Position numbers and translations under genes: made by a program. A DNA stretch of 64,000 nt, from assembly GCA_010093815.1 (NCBI GenBank), contig ML996566.1. One strand, written 5' to 3'. The number at the start of each line of letters is the position of its first letter. Position 1 is the stretch's first letter. Below, piece by piece: positions 12,168-24,115 of this stretch. Below the pieces are notes generated by a model. The model was given only the letters and a program-made list of their open reading frames with translations, was not told where the DNA came from and searched no databases. This stretch comes from Pseudovirgaria hyperparasitica (taxonomy: Eukaryota).

Positions 12168-13667
12168 TCACGCTTTGAAGATTTTCGCCGTGCTAACATT
12201 GATCTCCTTCCACCTGAGCCCGCAATAAGTTGCCAAAATTAACTCCAAAGGCCAAAACAAATGATTGAGAACAAACCAGGGCAGTGGATCCCACCATACG
12301 AATGTTGGATCTCTCCAGGTGCACAAATTACGAATGGCGAGAAGTATCTGCTGAACAAGACTCGACCTATTCACATCAGCTGTACCAAACAGTAAACCCC
12401 ACAGAGATCCGGCGACCAGTACAACCAGATCATGGGCCATCCAGTAGTAGCCAGATTCTGATTCCGTTGTCGCATGCAATAATTGGCCAGCTGGAACGCG
12501 AGTCAAACATTCGAGGTACTTGTCCGCCAATTCCTGCTCGAGTCCCTCGAAGAGAACGGTGGCTGTATGGCATCTCGGATTGCATTCGATTGGGGCTAAT
12601 GTACCGATGAATCCATTCTCGGTCGATCGATAGCGGACGAGGAAATCGAAGCTCATGTGTCCGGTAATATCGCCGAGTCCGGAAGCGTAGTTAATGGTGA
12701 ATTCAAGCATCTTATTGTATAATACAGATTTTGTGTCCAACCGCTGGTAGTGCATGAGCACAGATGCACTTGGACACGCGGTGAATGCGCGAACTTCTCC
12801 TTTGATGATGAGTGCATGTGTGCAGTACTCTTCCCCACTATCAATGAACTCCTGCAGTATCCATTGACGGCCATTCGAGAAGTCCAGATTGCTCAAAGTC
12901 TGCTCAGCGTGTGCCTCATCCTGGAGACTGATAAGCGGAAGAGAGCCTCGACTGGCATCATCCATATTGGCGCTCTTGATCATATATCGTACGTCGAGCT
13001 CATCTTTAGTGGTTTTTCGCATCTTCTTAAGCAGAATCCGAATACCATTCAGACTGCTAAGTGCGTACCATTTAACATTGGCTAGCTTTAGCTCAGTGGT
13101 CTTCTTCATGAACTCGAACTTGTTGTCTAAGGTTGATACAGTCGATTCGTCGAATTGGAACACCTTGCATTTTGTCTTTCGCTCGATCGCGTTCGCCAAC
13201 ATTGCATCCTCTACCGCAGTTGCGACTCCAGAACAACTGATCCATAGATCTATGCGCTCGAAATTGACGATGTTGACAACCTGGGAGATGTAGGCCTCTA
13301 TGCCATATACGGCTGGATTCTTCAGAGCAAAAAACTTCCTGATGGACCTGGAAAACCTGCCACAGTAAATATTTCCGTGGCCATCATCAAAGTCACCCGC
13401 GACAATGTCACATCCGCCAAGGTACATCGTGCGCGCAAGGAAAAGGCCTTTGGCCATCTTGACGCCTGTAACCAAAATCCGAGGCTGAGATCCGCCAATG
13501 TTTCGAACATGTCTTCTTGGAGCCTGCCTAATATGTAGAGTTTGTAGTGCGATTGCGAACAGGGTGATGGTGCCACTAACGGGCAGGAATACACCGCTCA
13601 GGATGAGTATCAATATTGTACGACATGAGTGAAGAATGGTTGAGTCTCCGCACTTGAGGTCCATCAT
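12168..13667 (-). CDS. mysC: ATP-grasp ligase of mycosporine biosynthesis (MysC homologue)
   Basis: 499-aa intronless ORF. N-terminal hydrophobic helix, ILVTGVKMAKGLFLAR, GRFSRSI, WILQEFI, EYCTH, GHMSFDF, PIECNPR, C-terminal WDPLPW. Adjacent to DDGS and OMT. Confidence 0.92.
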   Translation of the reverse strand: MMDLKCGDSTILHSCRTILILILSGVFLPVSGTITLFAIALQTLHIRQAPRRHVRNIGGSQPRILVTGVKMAKGLFLARTMYLGGCDIVAGDFDDGHGNIYCGRFSRSIRKFFALKNPAVYGIEAYISQVVNIVNFERIDLWISCSGVATAVEDAMLANAIERKTKCKVFQFDESTVSTLDNKFEFMKKTTELKLANVKWYALSSLNGIRILLKKMRKTTKDELDVRYMIKSANMDDASRGSLPLISLQDEAHAEQTLSNLDFSNGRQWILQEFIDSGEEYCTHALIIKGEVRAFTACPSASVLMHYQRLDTKSVLYNKMLEFTINYASGLGDITGHMSFDFLVRYRSTENGFIGTLAPIECNPRCHTATVLFEGLEQELADKYLECLTRVPAGQLLHATTESESGYYWMAHDLVVLVAGSLWGLLFGTADVNRSSLVQQILLAIRNLCTWRDPTFVWWDPLPWFVLNHLFWPLELILATYCGLRWKEINVSTAKIFKA

Positions 13668-14085
13668 ATTTGGACAAAGGAGACTTTGGAGGTAAACACA
13701 CGATCATACCTTTCCTGACGATTGATCAAAAGTACTATGTCCTAAGACGTGCGCTACGAACCCTGTTTACTAGTTGGGGTGACAATGACCCAGACGATAG
13801 GAGTCAATTACGTCATGTTTGTCGAGTGCGACTTTCAGTGCTGGGATGCGATAGGAGATGCCGGAAGATTTGACAGGCAAATAATCACTCTTAGCCTCTA
13901 GGTTGTGGCGTCCTATGGATGGTGGTGATTAGCACGAGGAAGTTCAACGAAGAAGGTTCCATAGTAGCGCGTTAGCTTTGAGATGCTTGACGGTTTATTA
14001 GTGCCTCTAGTTCCTAGTTGGTAAAAGCTGCAGAGAAGAAGTTGATGAGAGAATGGAGCACTGCATGGATACTGAATTTTCAGCC

Positions 14086-14580
14086 ATCCGTATATCCATA
14101 GTTACATGGGAAAGCTTGGCGCCCGATGTTCGCCGTGTCACCAACACACACGATTTAGTATAATCGACATTTTTATCTATTACCGCCGTATAATACTTAT
14201 ATAGTACTAAATATTACTAAATATTAGTTCTATATAATTCTTATTATATCTCTATAGCCTTTATATTACTTTATATTATCTATAATACCTCTAAAACTAT
14301 AAAAAAAGAGTAGTTATATAGAGATATTCTTACGTCTAGCTAGATATATACCCCTATATTTAAAGGCGCTCTAGATAGATATAGGGGAGGTATTAGGGGT
14401 CTATAGTACTATATATTAGTTATACTACCTCTTTAATACTATACTATATAGTTATAGATACTATATAAGCGTAGTATAGTAGTAATAGATAAAAATATCG
14501 ATTATACTAAATCGTGCGTGTTGGTGACACGGGCGAACATCGGGCGCCAAGCTTTCCCATGTAACTATGGATATACGGAT
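14086..14580. mobile_element. Non-autonomous inverted-repeat element (MITE-like), RIP-degraded interior
   Basis: Terminal inverted repeats 14086-14183 and 14482-14580 (ATCCGTATATCCATAGTTACATGGGAAAGCTTGGCGCCCG...) differ by one indel and two transitions. Interior is very AT/TpA-rich and non-coding. Confidence 0.85.
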
Positions 14581-15187
14581 CCATAAGCGGGCCCGTGCGT
14601 ACACACCAAGGTCCAAGATTCGGATCTCACATCCGCATGAATCTCCTACGCCTCTGTCACCGGTAATGACAGCAAATCCTTTTGATACCAACTGAGGCTA
14701 TTAGATAGCCCTGTATCAATTCAAGGAGCTCATATGTGCGCGTCTGATCTGACCCAGTCCCAGTCTAAGCCCATGGACCCGCTATAGGCTATAGCTTGCT
14801 CTTTAGGCACATCTGCCTCTACGCAAAACGAACATTAGGATCAGTAAGCTCTGCACCGTTTCCATCGAAATTCAGAGCGATCGGTCGGCTCACGCAACAC
14901 GCGGCACACGTAATAACATGGCGTTTCGCTTTCTGTCGGTACTGATACTGGTAATTCCGAAGCCAGCTGCAATTCGCCTGAACATCGAAAAGTTTGCCGA
15001 ATTGCGTGATAGCCCCATTTTAAATCTGCTCACAATAGACAAATATAATACACCACAGGATGCCAAACAAGGATAACATTGCATTCCCTAGCTCTTCATC
15101 TGTCGTAAGTCACTCATAATCAACACTCTCCTCCAGGTCAGCTATATTATTATCGTCTACAGTATCTGGGCTCCGAGGACAGTCGCC

Positions 15188-16621
15188 ATGTCAACTACTT
15201 CCTTCGACAATACCGCCATATATCCCCAAAAGCTGTCGCTCTTTAGATCTGTACCTTTCCAGATCCTAGTAGCATGTGGAGTCTCATTCACGGCACCCGG
15301 AATGTGGGATGCTCTCGGTGGACTCGGTGCTGGAGGTGCTGCTGAACCATACGCAGTGTCTGCTGCCAATGCTCTCGTGTATGGTTTGTTTTCTGTTGTA
15401 TGCGTGGCTGCCGGAGCTATCAACAATCGTATCGACCTCAAATACGGACTCGCTTTAGGCGCTATCGGGTACCCACTGTATGGCGCAGGACTGTACACGA
15501 ACAGTACAGGCACCAACACATGGTTTCTGTTGTTTGGTAGCGCTCTTTGTGGAATTTCTGCTGGGTTCTTTTGGGCAGCTGAAGCAGCAATCATCATTGG
15601 ATATCCATCACCGTCGGACCGAGCATTCTATCTTGCAATCTGGCAAACAGCAAAGGCTGCTGGCCCCATAGTTGGCGGCGCTATCAATCTAGGGTTGAAT
15701 GCAAACAGGGAGACGGCAGGCTCCGTTTCGTCTTCTACCTACATCGTATTCATCGTCATAATGTGCCTCGGCTTGCCGATTGCGCTTATGCTCTCTCCAG
15801 CCCCAAAGGTTTGGAGAAAAGATGGGAGCAAGATAATCATACACAGAGCTCCTTCATGGGCAGCCGAGTTCAAGGGCATCGGGAATTTGTTAATCAGTCG
15901 GCGTATTCTGTTATTACTGCCGGCATTTTTCATTAGCTACTTCTACAACGGGTTCATGAGCACCTGGTTGACAACATACTTCACTGTCCGTGCTAGAGCC
16001 TTTTCAAGCTTCTTCACGAACTTTGCCGGAATATTCAGCTCTTTCATTATCGCAGCTCTGCTCGACAATCAAAGAATTCATATCAAGACACGAGCTCGCG
16101 TCGCATTCATCGCAATAGTAGCTATCCTCATTGGAACATGGATATGGGCAACAATTCTACAAAGGCAGAACTACGATACGTCAACCCCGCCGGTATTTGA
16201 CTGGTTCCAGGGAGGTTTCGGAAAAAGCTATGCCTTGATATTCTTCTGGCAATTTGGTGGACAAGCATTCCAGCAGTTCTTATATTGGCTTGTCGGGCAA
16301 TATGCGACGTCACTGTCGAGCTTAAGCCACCATACTGGTATACTCAGAGGTGTAGAAGCTCTAGGGCAGACTGTTGCTTGGGCGTAAGTGATGGAAAACA
16401 AAACAAATCCCTCGAGATTTCCAAGCTAATGGATGCTTTGCAGAATGCAATCGGAGGGTAATGCCAATCATTTCGTAAGTATCGGACTAAACTTTGGTAT
16501 CACGGTAGTATGTATCATTCCGACCTGGATTGTCCTTTCTGAGCTCGAGTACAGCCATGAAGGGACAGGGGATGATGGTCCCGGGGACTCAGGAATACTA
16601 AAAGATGCCGATGAGTCATGA
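15188..16621 (+). CDS. UNC-93-like (DUF895-type) MFS transporter
   Basis: Exons 15188-16383 and 16444-16621. Many TM helices; family motifs APGMWDALGGLGAGG, GISAGFFWAAEAAIIIGYP, IVGGAINLGLN. Confidence 0.87.
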
Positions 16622-17000
16622 CAAGGGCTGGGTAACTATATATTGTCTTTAAAGTTGTTATCTATCTTCCATCCTCACTGTATATGCCGAATGTATTTCT
16701 CGAAAGAATTTTCAACTCCGTTGAATACGGTCTCTGGTGACTTCTTGCTTTCGTCCTTTACTTCTCACTCAATTTTTTAGAATCGCAGAGCCGAATGTAA
16801 GCTTGAATCTACAGCCTAGCACCCGGATAGGTAGAACGGAAGCTAAGCACTTAGGTGCATGGATGCATATGCATGGCTTCGAGCTAACTTTCGACACATA
16901 AATGAGCCGTGACCTAATCACTGTCACTCTCAGCCTTCCGACTGTCGATTTAGAATCTTCCTAGTTTAATCATTGAGTCGATTATATATCGCCAGTAATC

Positions 17001-18054
17001 ATGAAAGGCTTCGAGCCACTTTACCAGGCCAGTAACCAGCCAACACCCAAAATCAACACACCAATAACACCACATCCAGCTAATCGCACATGCACAAGCG
17101 CAGACCACAGCTACCCAGCCCTTCAACCCATTTTCACTCCTACCCGGTCTCCTCACTCTCGCGCCTCTCTCAAACATCGCTCACCGTACTGCCATTCAAG
17201 GCGTCTCCCCACTCGACGCGTTGATCCTGGCCCCCGGCCTGCACCTTCAACAAACAGCCACCGAACTACATAAAGCTGAGTACCCAGCCTGCGCAGCTCT
17301 CACCACAGGCTATGTCTTCCGCGTCGAGAACCCCGCCACCGTCTTCTTCCTCCAACGCATCGGCCGCACCGGGCATCTGATTGACCTGGACGTCTCTGCG
17401 ACATCTCCTTCGCGGACCCTGCCGGCTTCTAGGAACGCAATCGCATCTCTGGCCTACTACGCCGCAGCAGGAGTCACTACCTATTCTGCGTACCGCCTCT
17501 ATGCGCTCAAAGATCCCTGGGCAATGGTGTTCCTGTCCAATCTCATCCTCACGCGGGTAGTCAACTTCGTCTCGTTGCGCCGGCGCTCGGAACTAGGCTG
17601 GTTCGGAGCGCCGGAACCAGGCGTACGGAGTGATATCCTTGTTCTACTCTCCCAGGACCGCTGGATTCGTATCCGTGGCGCGACAGATGATGTCAAAGGG
17701 CTGTTGTCTGGCACGTGGCTGAGGGAGCCCACGACTGGGGAGAAGTTCTTTGGCGCCGTTACGAAGTTGCTTGCGTATGCGAATGTAGCTGTTGCGGGTT
17801 ATGCTACGACGGCTGGCGTTGCCACGCTGATGTCTATGTTGCTTGTGAACGGCGGCTTGTTGGCGTTGGATGGGCTGCGAGACTGGCCGCTATGTATGTA
17901 TGGGAGAACAATGGGACAAGTTGGCGAGGCGAAGAGATATTTTCGGAGGAGAGATCTGGCGGAAGAGCTGATCAAGGAGACTGGACGAGACGATTGGGCT
18001 GTTGGCATGGGAATGATAGTCAAGAAGAACGAGACGGTACTAGTAACCATGTAG
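17001..18054 (+). CDS. Multi-pass membrane protein of unknown function
   Basis: ATG 17001 with intron from 17032 (acceptor at 17098 or 17110, both in frame) joins the 17221-18054 ORF. Hydrophobic segments and conserved-looking LDALILAPG.H.QQ and LLSQDRWIRIRG. Confidence 0.65.
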
Positions 18055-18752
18055 CGAGCTATGGCTAGCTGTATAAAACATATCGAATCATCGTCATGAT
18101 AATTTCGGTTGAAAATTTGATATCAGCATTCAAACTCTGATGAGGACCCACTGGCGCACAAAAGTGCTTACGTCCTATCCAGATCCTCTCCATTTCTTGT
18201 TGTACGACCTGCAGATCTCTAGGACTTCAGTTCGTCTATAGAGCTACTGTGTAGTTTGCATTTATACAGGTTGATGAAAAATGTTACTATATCATATCTT
18301 CAATAATGTGTATGAAGACCATATAAACTTTTCACGGCATATATCTGTAGAACAGAGACTAGAAAGCTGGTAAGTACTACTGGATGCTAATGGCACTGTA
18401 TGAGAAAAGAACAAAGTGCTCTCTTGGAAGTTGGCTTAGTTGTCGTTGTGCGCGAGGGATCGCTTGACATAGGAGGAACGATCTGATACTCCATATTAGC
18501 AGATTTGACATTGAAATAGCCGTATCACCGGTCTAAGCGGTTGACAATAAAGTGGCTCTCTGAAAGCTAACTCAATAGCTCGATGATACTGACTGAGTAG
18601 AAATTTGTGTGTCTGCAAAGTCAAGTGACCGGATAATGATATTGATGAATGATAGATAGACTGCCAGAACGCTCCAGGTCTCGAAATATCGAGTATTTAT
18701 CGCCCTTGAACCGAATTCGATGGAAGGACCACAGATTCTTGTATCCCTGGTG

Positions 18753-19652
18753 CTATCGAAGTCGGCTCTCGTGTTTCATCAGCAGCGAGCGTTGCAGCAC
18801 CGTGTTAGAACTTATAGCTCGATTGAAGTATATGTCCCCGGCCTTGAAGGGACCAATGCGACATCTGTCCGGGCTCCCTTCGAAGGCGGAGCGAACGATA
18901 TCTCTGACTTCTCCTATTCCATCAACGTCGATCATAAACACAGAATCCCAGGGTGTGTGGGTCCAGAGCAGCTCAAGAAGTTCGATGAACCTACGCTCCC
19001 ACTCATTGACACCTTTTTGCTGCTTGTTTTCGAATCCGACGACAGCGCGATCTGCATGTGGGTTGACGACGATCATGTCGATCCTCTTGACGTTAGTGAG
19101 TATCTTCTTTAGCCTCCAATTGGCCTCTCCACACTCAGTGCTAACAACGTCGTTTACATCAACAATGAAAAGTAGCCTCGTGATCCTCGGCCAGACCCCA
19201 GGTGTCATCCACAGTACAGGAATATCGCGATTCAATGAACTAAGCTTGAGGGAGAAAGGTCGGCAGTATAGGACGTCCAGAACCTCGTTGCTGATGCGCT
19301 TGTTCGTGCGCAGAATAGAAAGGCCACCTTTGCCACTGTCCTTAGGTTCACGATTCAGATGTACTTCCTCATATCGTGATCCAATGTCGCCGGCATCTAT
19401 GGAGTCGAGATTCGTCGCCAAGTGCGCCAGTAGATGTTCGTATATGAGGATCCGAAGTTCTAGCGACAATCGGAAGAGAGGGCATGTGGTATTGGTGTTC
19501 TTTGAAAGATTCTCGGATGTGACCGGTAACGCAAATTCCGAGACATACGAGGTCTTGCACGAGTCTGAGGGAGAAAGAAGATTGTGGGATAAGCCTGACA
19601 GCGAGCGTGAGGTGCTGAAGTGACGCTCAACGTGGAGACCCTGATGGAACAT
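18753..19652 (-). CDS. Hypothetical protein with F-box-like (2EXR-type) N-terminal motif
   Basis: PLFRLSLELRILIYEHLL and SILRTNKRISNEVLDVLY motifs. First ATG at 19652. Confidence 0.7.
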   Translation of the reverse strand: MFHQGLHVERHFSTSRSLSGLSHNLLSPSDSCKTSYVSEFALPVTSENLSKNTNTTCPLFRLSLELRILIYEHLLAHLATNLDSIDAGDIGSRYEEVHLNREPKDSGKGGLSILRTNKRISNEVLDVLYCRPFSLKLSSLNRDIPVLWMTPGVWPRITRLLFIVDVNDVVSTECGEANWRLKKILTNVKRIDMIVVNPHADRAVVGFENKQQKGVNEWERRFIELLELLWTHTPWDSVFMIDVDGIGEVRDIVRSAFEGSPDRCRIGPFKAGDIYFNRAISSNTVLQRSLLMKHESRLR

Positions 19653-21031
19653 CCTAGCGGGCTGGCGGCGATGGCGATGGCGATAGCGATGGTTGTGATG
19701 TAGTAATGTAGGCACGACGTTGATAACACTGGATTGCGTGAGGACAAATAGAGTCTGGGGATGCGAGCGGGGTAAAAGTAAGCGTTCCCTCTAGCGGTTG
19801 GAGGCTGGTGATATCTGCCTGAGGTGGTTGTTATGTATTTCAGCCACAGTACGTCCCGTATTAGTTAACAAGAACTCTGGTAGCACTGTACATCGATCAG
19901 AAAAATATTGGTAAGATGAAATGTTTGTTTCTGTGCCGTTACTACAGTGCGTAGATGTAAGGTGTTGTGATGCGCTCGAGGACCTCTCTGCTCAGTGCTC
20001 GTGGGATAGAGTTGGCACGTCTCTGGAAAATTCGCGTCTGATACGCCCGTGGCGGTTCAGATGTGCCCTTTTGTTTTGACTTTTTGCTGGGGCGAGATTG
20101 TGTGCCTGAGGCTGAAAGTTGAGAGGCCTTTTGTATTTTATGTAAAAGCTGGGGAATCATCGGTCACCGGGATTCAATAGACACTCTTATTCGGCTAGGC
20201 GATCGTAGGGGATCGAGAGTGATGAACGTCCGGATTCAGATTTGCCCTTCGGTATGTTGTTTCTCTTTTATTTTTTGGCTCCTGCTTCTATATTGGTGCC
20301 TGAGGCCGAAACTGCAAATGAGCACCTACCCTTTAGGTTTAGGTTGTCGTAGGGTATCGAGAGAGTATGACAAGACGCACTGGTAGACAGGATAGATAGC
20401 CTTATCTACCATATCCGCTCTCTGTTCTCGAGTAGATCCTATGGCAGAGTGCTGTCCTGATCCACATAACGGACGACCTCGAATACATTTTCTTGGAGCA
20501 GGGGTACATTCGATGCTTCTCTATGCCTAAGCCTGTAAGTTCGGAAGATTTGGGTTTTGTACAGATCTGAGATTTCGAAGCGTCCTGGAATTGGTCGTAT
20601 TCAATTCTATTCGGACCAGGAGATGACTGTAGACCTCCCATCGGAGTTTCTAGAGGCAGGAGTAGAGGATTATTACAAGGTCTTGTTGAATCGGAACTCC
20701 CCGCCTGACATATGTCATATGTTGCTCTCGACACTTCGGAGGAATTTCATGGAATAAAACAATGAGCCTATGTAGTGATTGTAAGTAGGAATACCGAATA
20801 CCTTCGCAGAGCCAGCGGTACAGAGGATAAGTTGCGGACAGCATTGGAAGTAGAGTCTTGATATAAACCGCATCTTTGTCTACCTGATAGGTAGTACTGA
20901 CTTTTCCATAAAATGTCCGGATTCACAATGCGTAAGCCAGTCGCATCGTATATGCATGTCATGGGAACCCAATCTCTTGATCCAATTGCTTTAACGGTAA
21001 TGTTGTGCAGGCATTACTTGTATAACATCGT

Positions 21032-22250
21032 TCATCGAACTATTGCGTCTCTAGAGGACACGATACAGCCAGCCTCGCAATCGGGAATCGTTGTGCTGTT
21101 GTAAACCAATTGAGCTACATCCCTCCCTGGCTCAGTGGCTGGATCGCTCGGGATCTGAAATATCTTCCCGTTGACGGGAGCAGTCACTGTTTCCAAAACA
21201 TCTCCCCAAGCATTGCGTACGATCGCCACTTCCTGCCCTGCTACGACATCGTCCATGAGTTGTACTAAAGTTTCGACGAATCCACCATACTTGCTGGGCA
21301 GAGAATGAAAGACGTTGCCAATGTACGTCTTGCTTAGGTCTGCAACATAAGGTGTAGTCCCGTTACCGGGAAGCATATTCAAATCAACCATCAGACGATC
21401 GATGAAGTCGCCGGCTCGCTTGATAAAGGGCTTGTACCACACCTTCGCTGCCCCGAGCTCCAGAGTAATCGCAGGCACACCGTACTCGACAAATGTGGTC
21501 TCAATACTGCCAGGTTCTCCTTGATCGATCTTTAAAACATCGGGCTGGGCCAGCTCTGCCATGCGCTGCACATATGGAGCGCGGACATCACTGTAAACCC
21601 ACATTGGCGCAGACGAGCCTGTGCTTGAAGTATGTATGTCGACAGCTACATCGACACTGGAGGTATTGCCCCAGAGATTGTTCCAGATAATGAATGCAAG
21701 TCCATCTGGACCACTCGACCCTTCATCCGGATCCTCGCCTGGGAATACACGATTGACATTGGTCAAAGTACCAGAGCCTGAGGCTGTGTAGTAGTTGCGT
21801 TGACTCAGGTAATTCCCAGTTGGATTTACTGTTGGTATTCCGATGACTACGCCACATGTTAGTGATTCGAAAGTAAAGGACCGATATACAGCTCATACCT
21901 GTGCCATTGAGATGTGGGACTATTTCCTCGAGCCGTACAAGTAGCTCTTGTGCAACACGTACAGGACTCAACTCATCACCATGAATCGACGCGGATATAG
22001 AGAGCTTCTTGCCCGTCTTCAAAGTTTCTGGGCCTCCGCGGGCGACGAACACTGGGAGTTGCATATCCCACCCACCACTCACACTGGGAACACGCAGATA
22101 GTAACGTGTGACGGCGTTGGATGGTACATCCTCAAGTGACAAATGAGTTATGACCTGTGCACCATGTAGGATATCGCCAGTGAAGTTCGTTTGCGCGAAA
22201 GCCAGTTGAACCGCGAATGAAAGCGCAAGCACCGTAAGGAAGCTCCGCAT
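21032..22250 (-). CDS. Secreted succinylglutamate desuccinylase/aspartoacylase-family (M14-like) zinc amidohydrolase
   Basis: Signal peptide MRSFLTVLALSFAVQLAFA. Intron 21847-21898 gives LNGTVIGIPTVNP. Zn motifs HGDE, NRVFPG, DIHT; catalytic TLELG; C-terminal barrel-sandwich-like domain. Confidence 0.88.
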
Positions 22251-22849
22251 GTTGAAGCAAGGCGTGGTTGCGAGGTTGGATGACGGGAAGGAAGCATCAT
22301 CACTTATAACCCCAAGCATCGTGGGTGAAAACTGGGCTTATCCGAGTTCAGCAGTCCAGCTGTCTCCACCGACATGCCTCTTTCGGTTATTCCCAGCTCT
22401 TATCAAGAAGACAACATCTTGGCGCACTTGGCGATCTACGTTCAAGATCGTGATCGCAAGCATTACGTTCAAAGGACTGGATGTCGCTCAATCACCGGTC
22501 ATAAAACAGCTGGAAAGACGCGACTCAGCTGATACATGTGCATGATCTCTGATGTACGAAGGAGGAAAGTCGTGATGTGATCGTGGCTATTTCTATACCT
22601 ATCTGAGCGCCATGACGCCAAGAAATCTAGAGTGGAGCAAACACGTACAGTACACGACACATACTTCTTGGCTCCATTGCGCCGCAGAACTTCAGTCATT
22701 TATTTCTCCTTCGTGACAATTCTGCACTCTTGTCCTATAGCCAGAAAGCTCATCGGTATCGATTACATGACCAATAATCCGCAAGATTGTAGATGCATTA
22801 CAGTCCATCTGAACACCGCTTCGCATCCACACGAGGCTAACTTGACGGT

Positions 22850-23635
22850 CTATGCCTCAACATCCTTGTAATAGACATCTCGTCTCGGCCAGGCGCACAT
22901 CTTCATAGCATGGTCCATCAATGTCCCTTTACCGCCCCAGGTCTCATCAGCAAACTCTGCCATTGCATCCAGACCGTTGAGTAAAGTTCCTGTCGTCCAT
23001 AGTTTTCCATCTCGATGGAAGCGTTTCCGAACCCAGGTCGTTTCAGGAGCCGTGGCCTCAAGTTGAGACAAAATCGGGAGCGGGCAAGTCGCCGTCTTAC
23101 CTTTGAGCAAGCCTGCCTGCATTGGGGTCATCATGCCTCCGCACACTGCGATGAAGGCGGAGCAGTCTGAGTATGCCTTCCTGATGAAATTCAATTCGGC
23201 CTCAGTGGGAGTATAGGCAAATTCACATGCGCCCATGACGACAATGTCCAATGGTGGACAGGTCTCAAAACTGTCCTGCTAGTACATCAATACACTACGC
23301 GAGCATATGATTGAGACGACTATACCGTGGCTTGGAGTGTCAAGTTGGGGGACAGCTTTCCAGCTCCACCGGTTTCATTTACCCAATGGATTTCTACTTC
23401 CAGGGCTTGAGCTTTGTGCTCATCAGAGTAAATTTCCTCCGGAAACTTTTCGACATTCTTCTTGTCGATACTCCCGAGCAGGTCCACCACTCCGATGTCG
23501 AGTAGTTCAGTCACGCTGCTACTCGTCAATAACGCACGGCCTAGTCGAACGGGGTTCGCACCTGTTCATAAGAACAACCCCGGCATGAATCTTCCGACCG
23601 GGCTTTGAAAGACTGAAGGTAGTGTGTTCCGACAT
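22850..23635 (-). CDS. DJ-1/PfpI family protein
   Basis: Spliced gene from ATG 23635. TELLD, CPPLDIVVMG, nucleophile VCGG, GLLKGKTAT, KLWTTG. Confidence 0.85.
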
Positions 23636-24115
23636 TTTGATCAAGTAAGATTCGTGAAAACTGTATAGCAGATGCTCTGGCCCATGTTAAACATGGTAGG
23701 AGGGAGCGTTGCAGCCTTTATATGCTAGGTCTCATGCAGACCGATCACAATCCCTGGAAAGCTGGATGCCTGATATTCCATCTCGAAAGCTGTGTGATCT
23801 GCTTGATCGGACGCAAATTTCTGAAATATTGAGGAAGTTGCTGGCCTCAGAGAGCCGGGACGGCATACAGGCTATGGCCCGGGCCCGTGGAATACGTTTT
23901 ATGGTGTGTTCCTTGGCATCACTCGGGAAGCTAACATCGCGTGAAACTGTGCCAAGAAGAACTTCCCAAATTGCAAACGCATATCGCCCTCAACCGGCTC
24001 ATAGCAGCCCACCGGACCGTGGCTGGACGCGGACAATATATCATGATGCTGCCGCCTTGCATTCTTGGACATCGTGTTGGTCCGGTAAACACTTTACGGA
24101 TTTAAAGGCTCTGTC

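Noticed and set aside
18649..19623. 324-aa plus-strand ORF
   Set aside because: Antisense shadow of the F-box-like gene; no recognisable motifs.
20332..20343. TTTAGG x2 telomere-like repeat
   Set aside because: Only two copies; compatible with chance.
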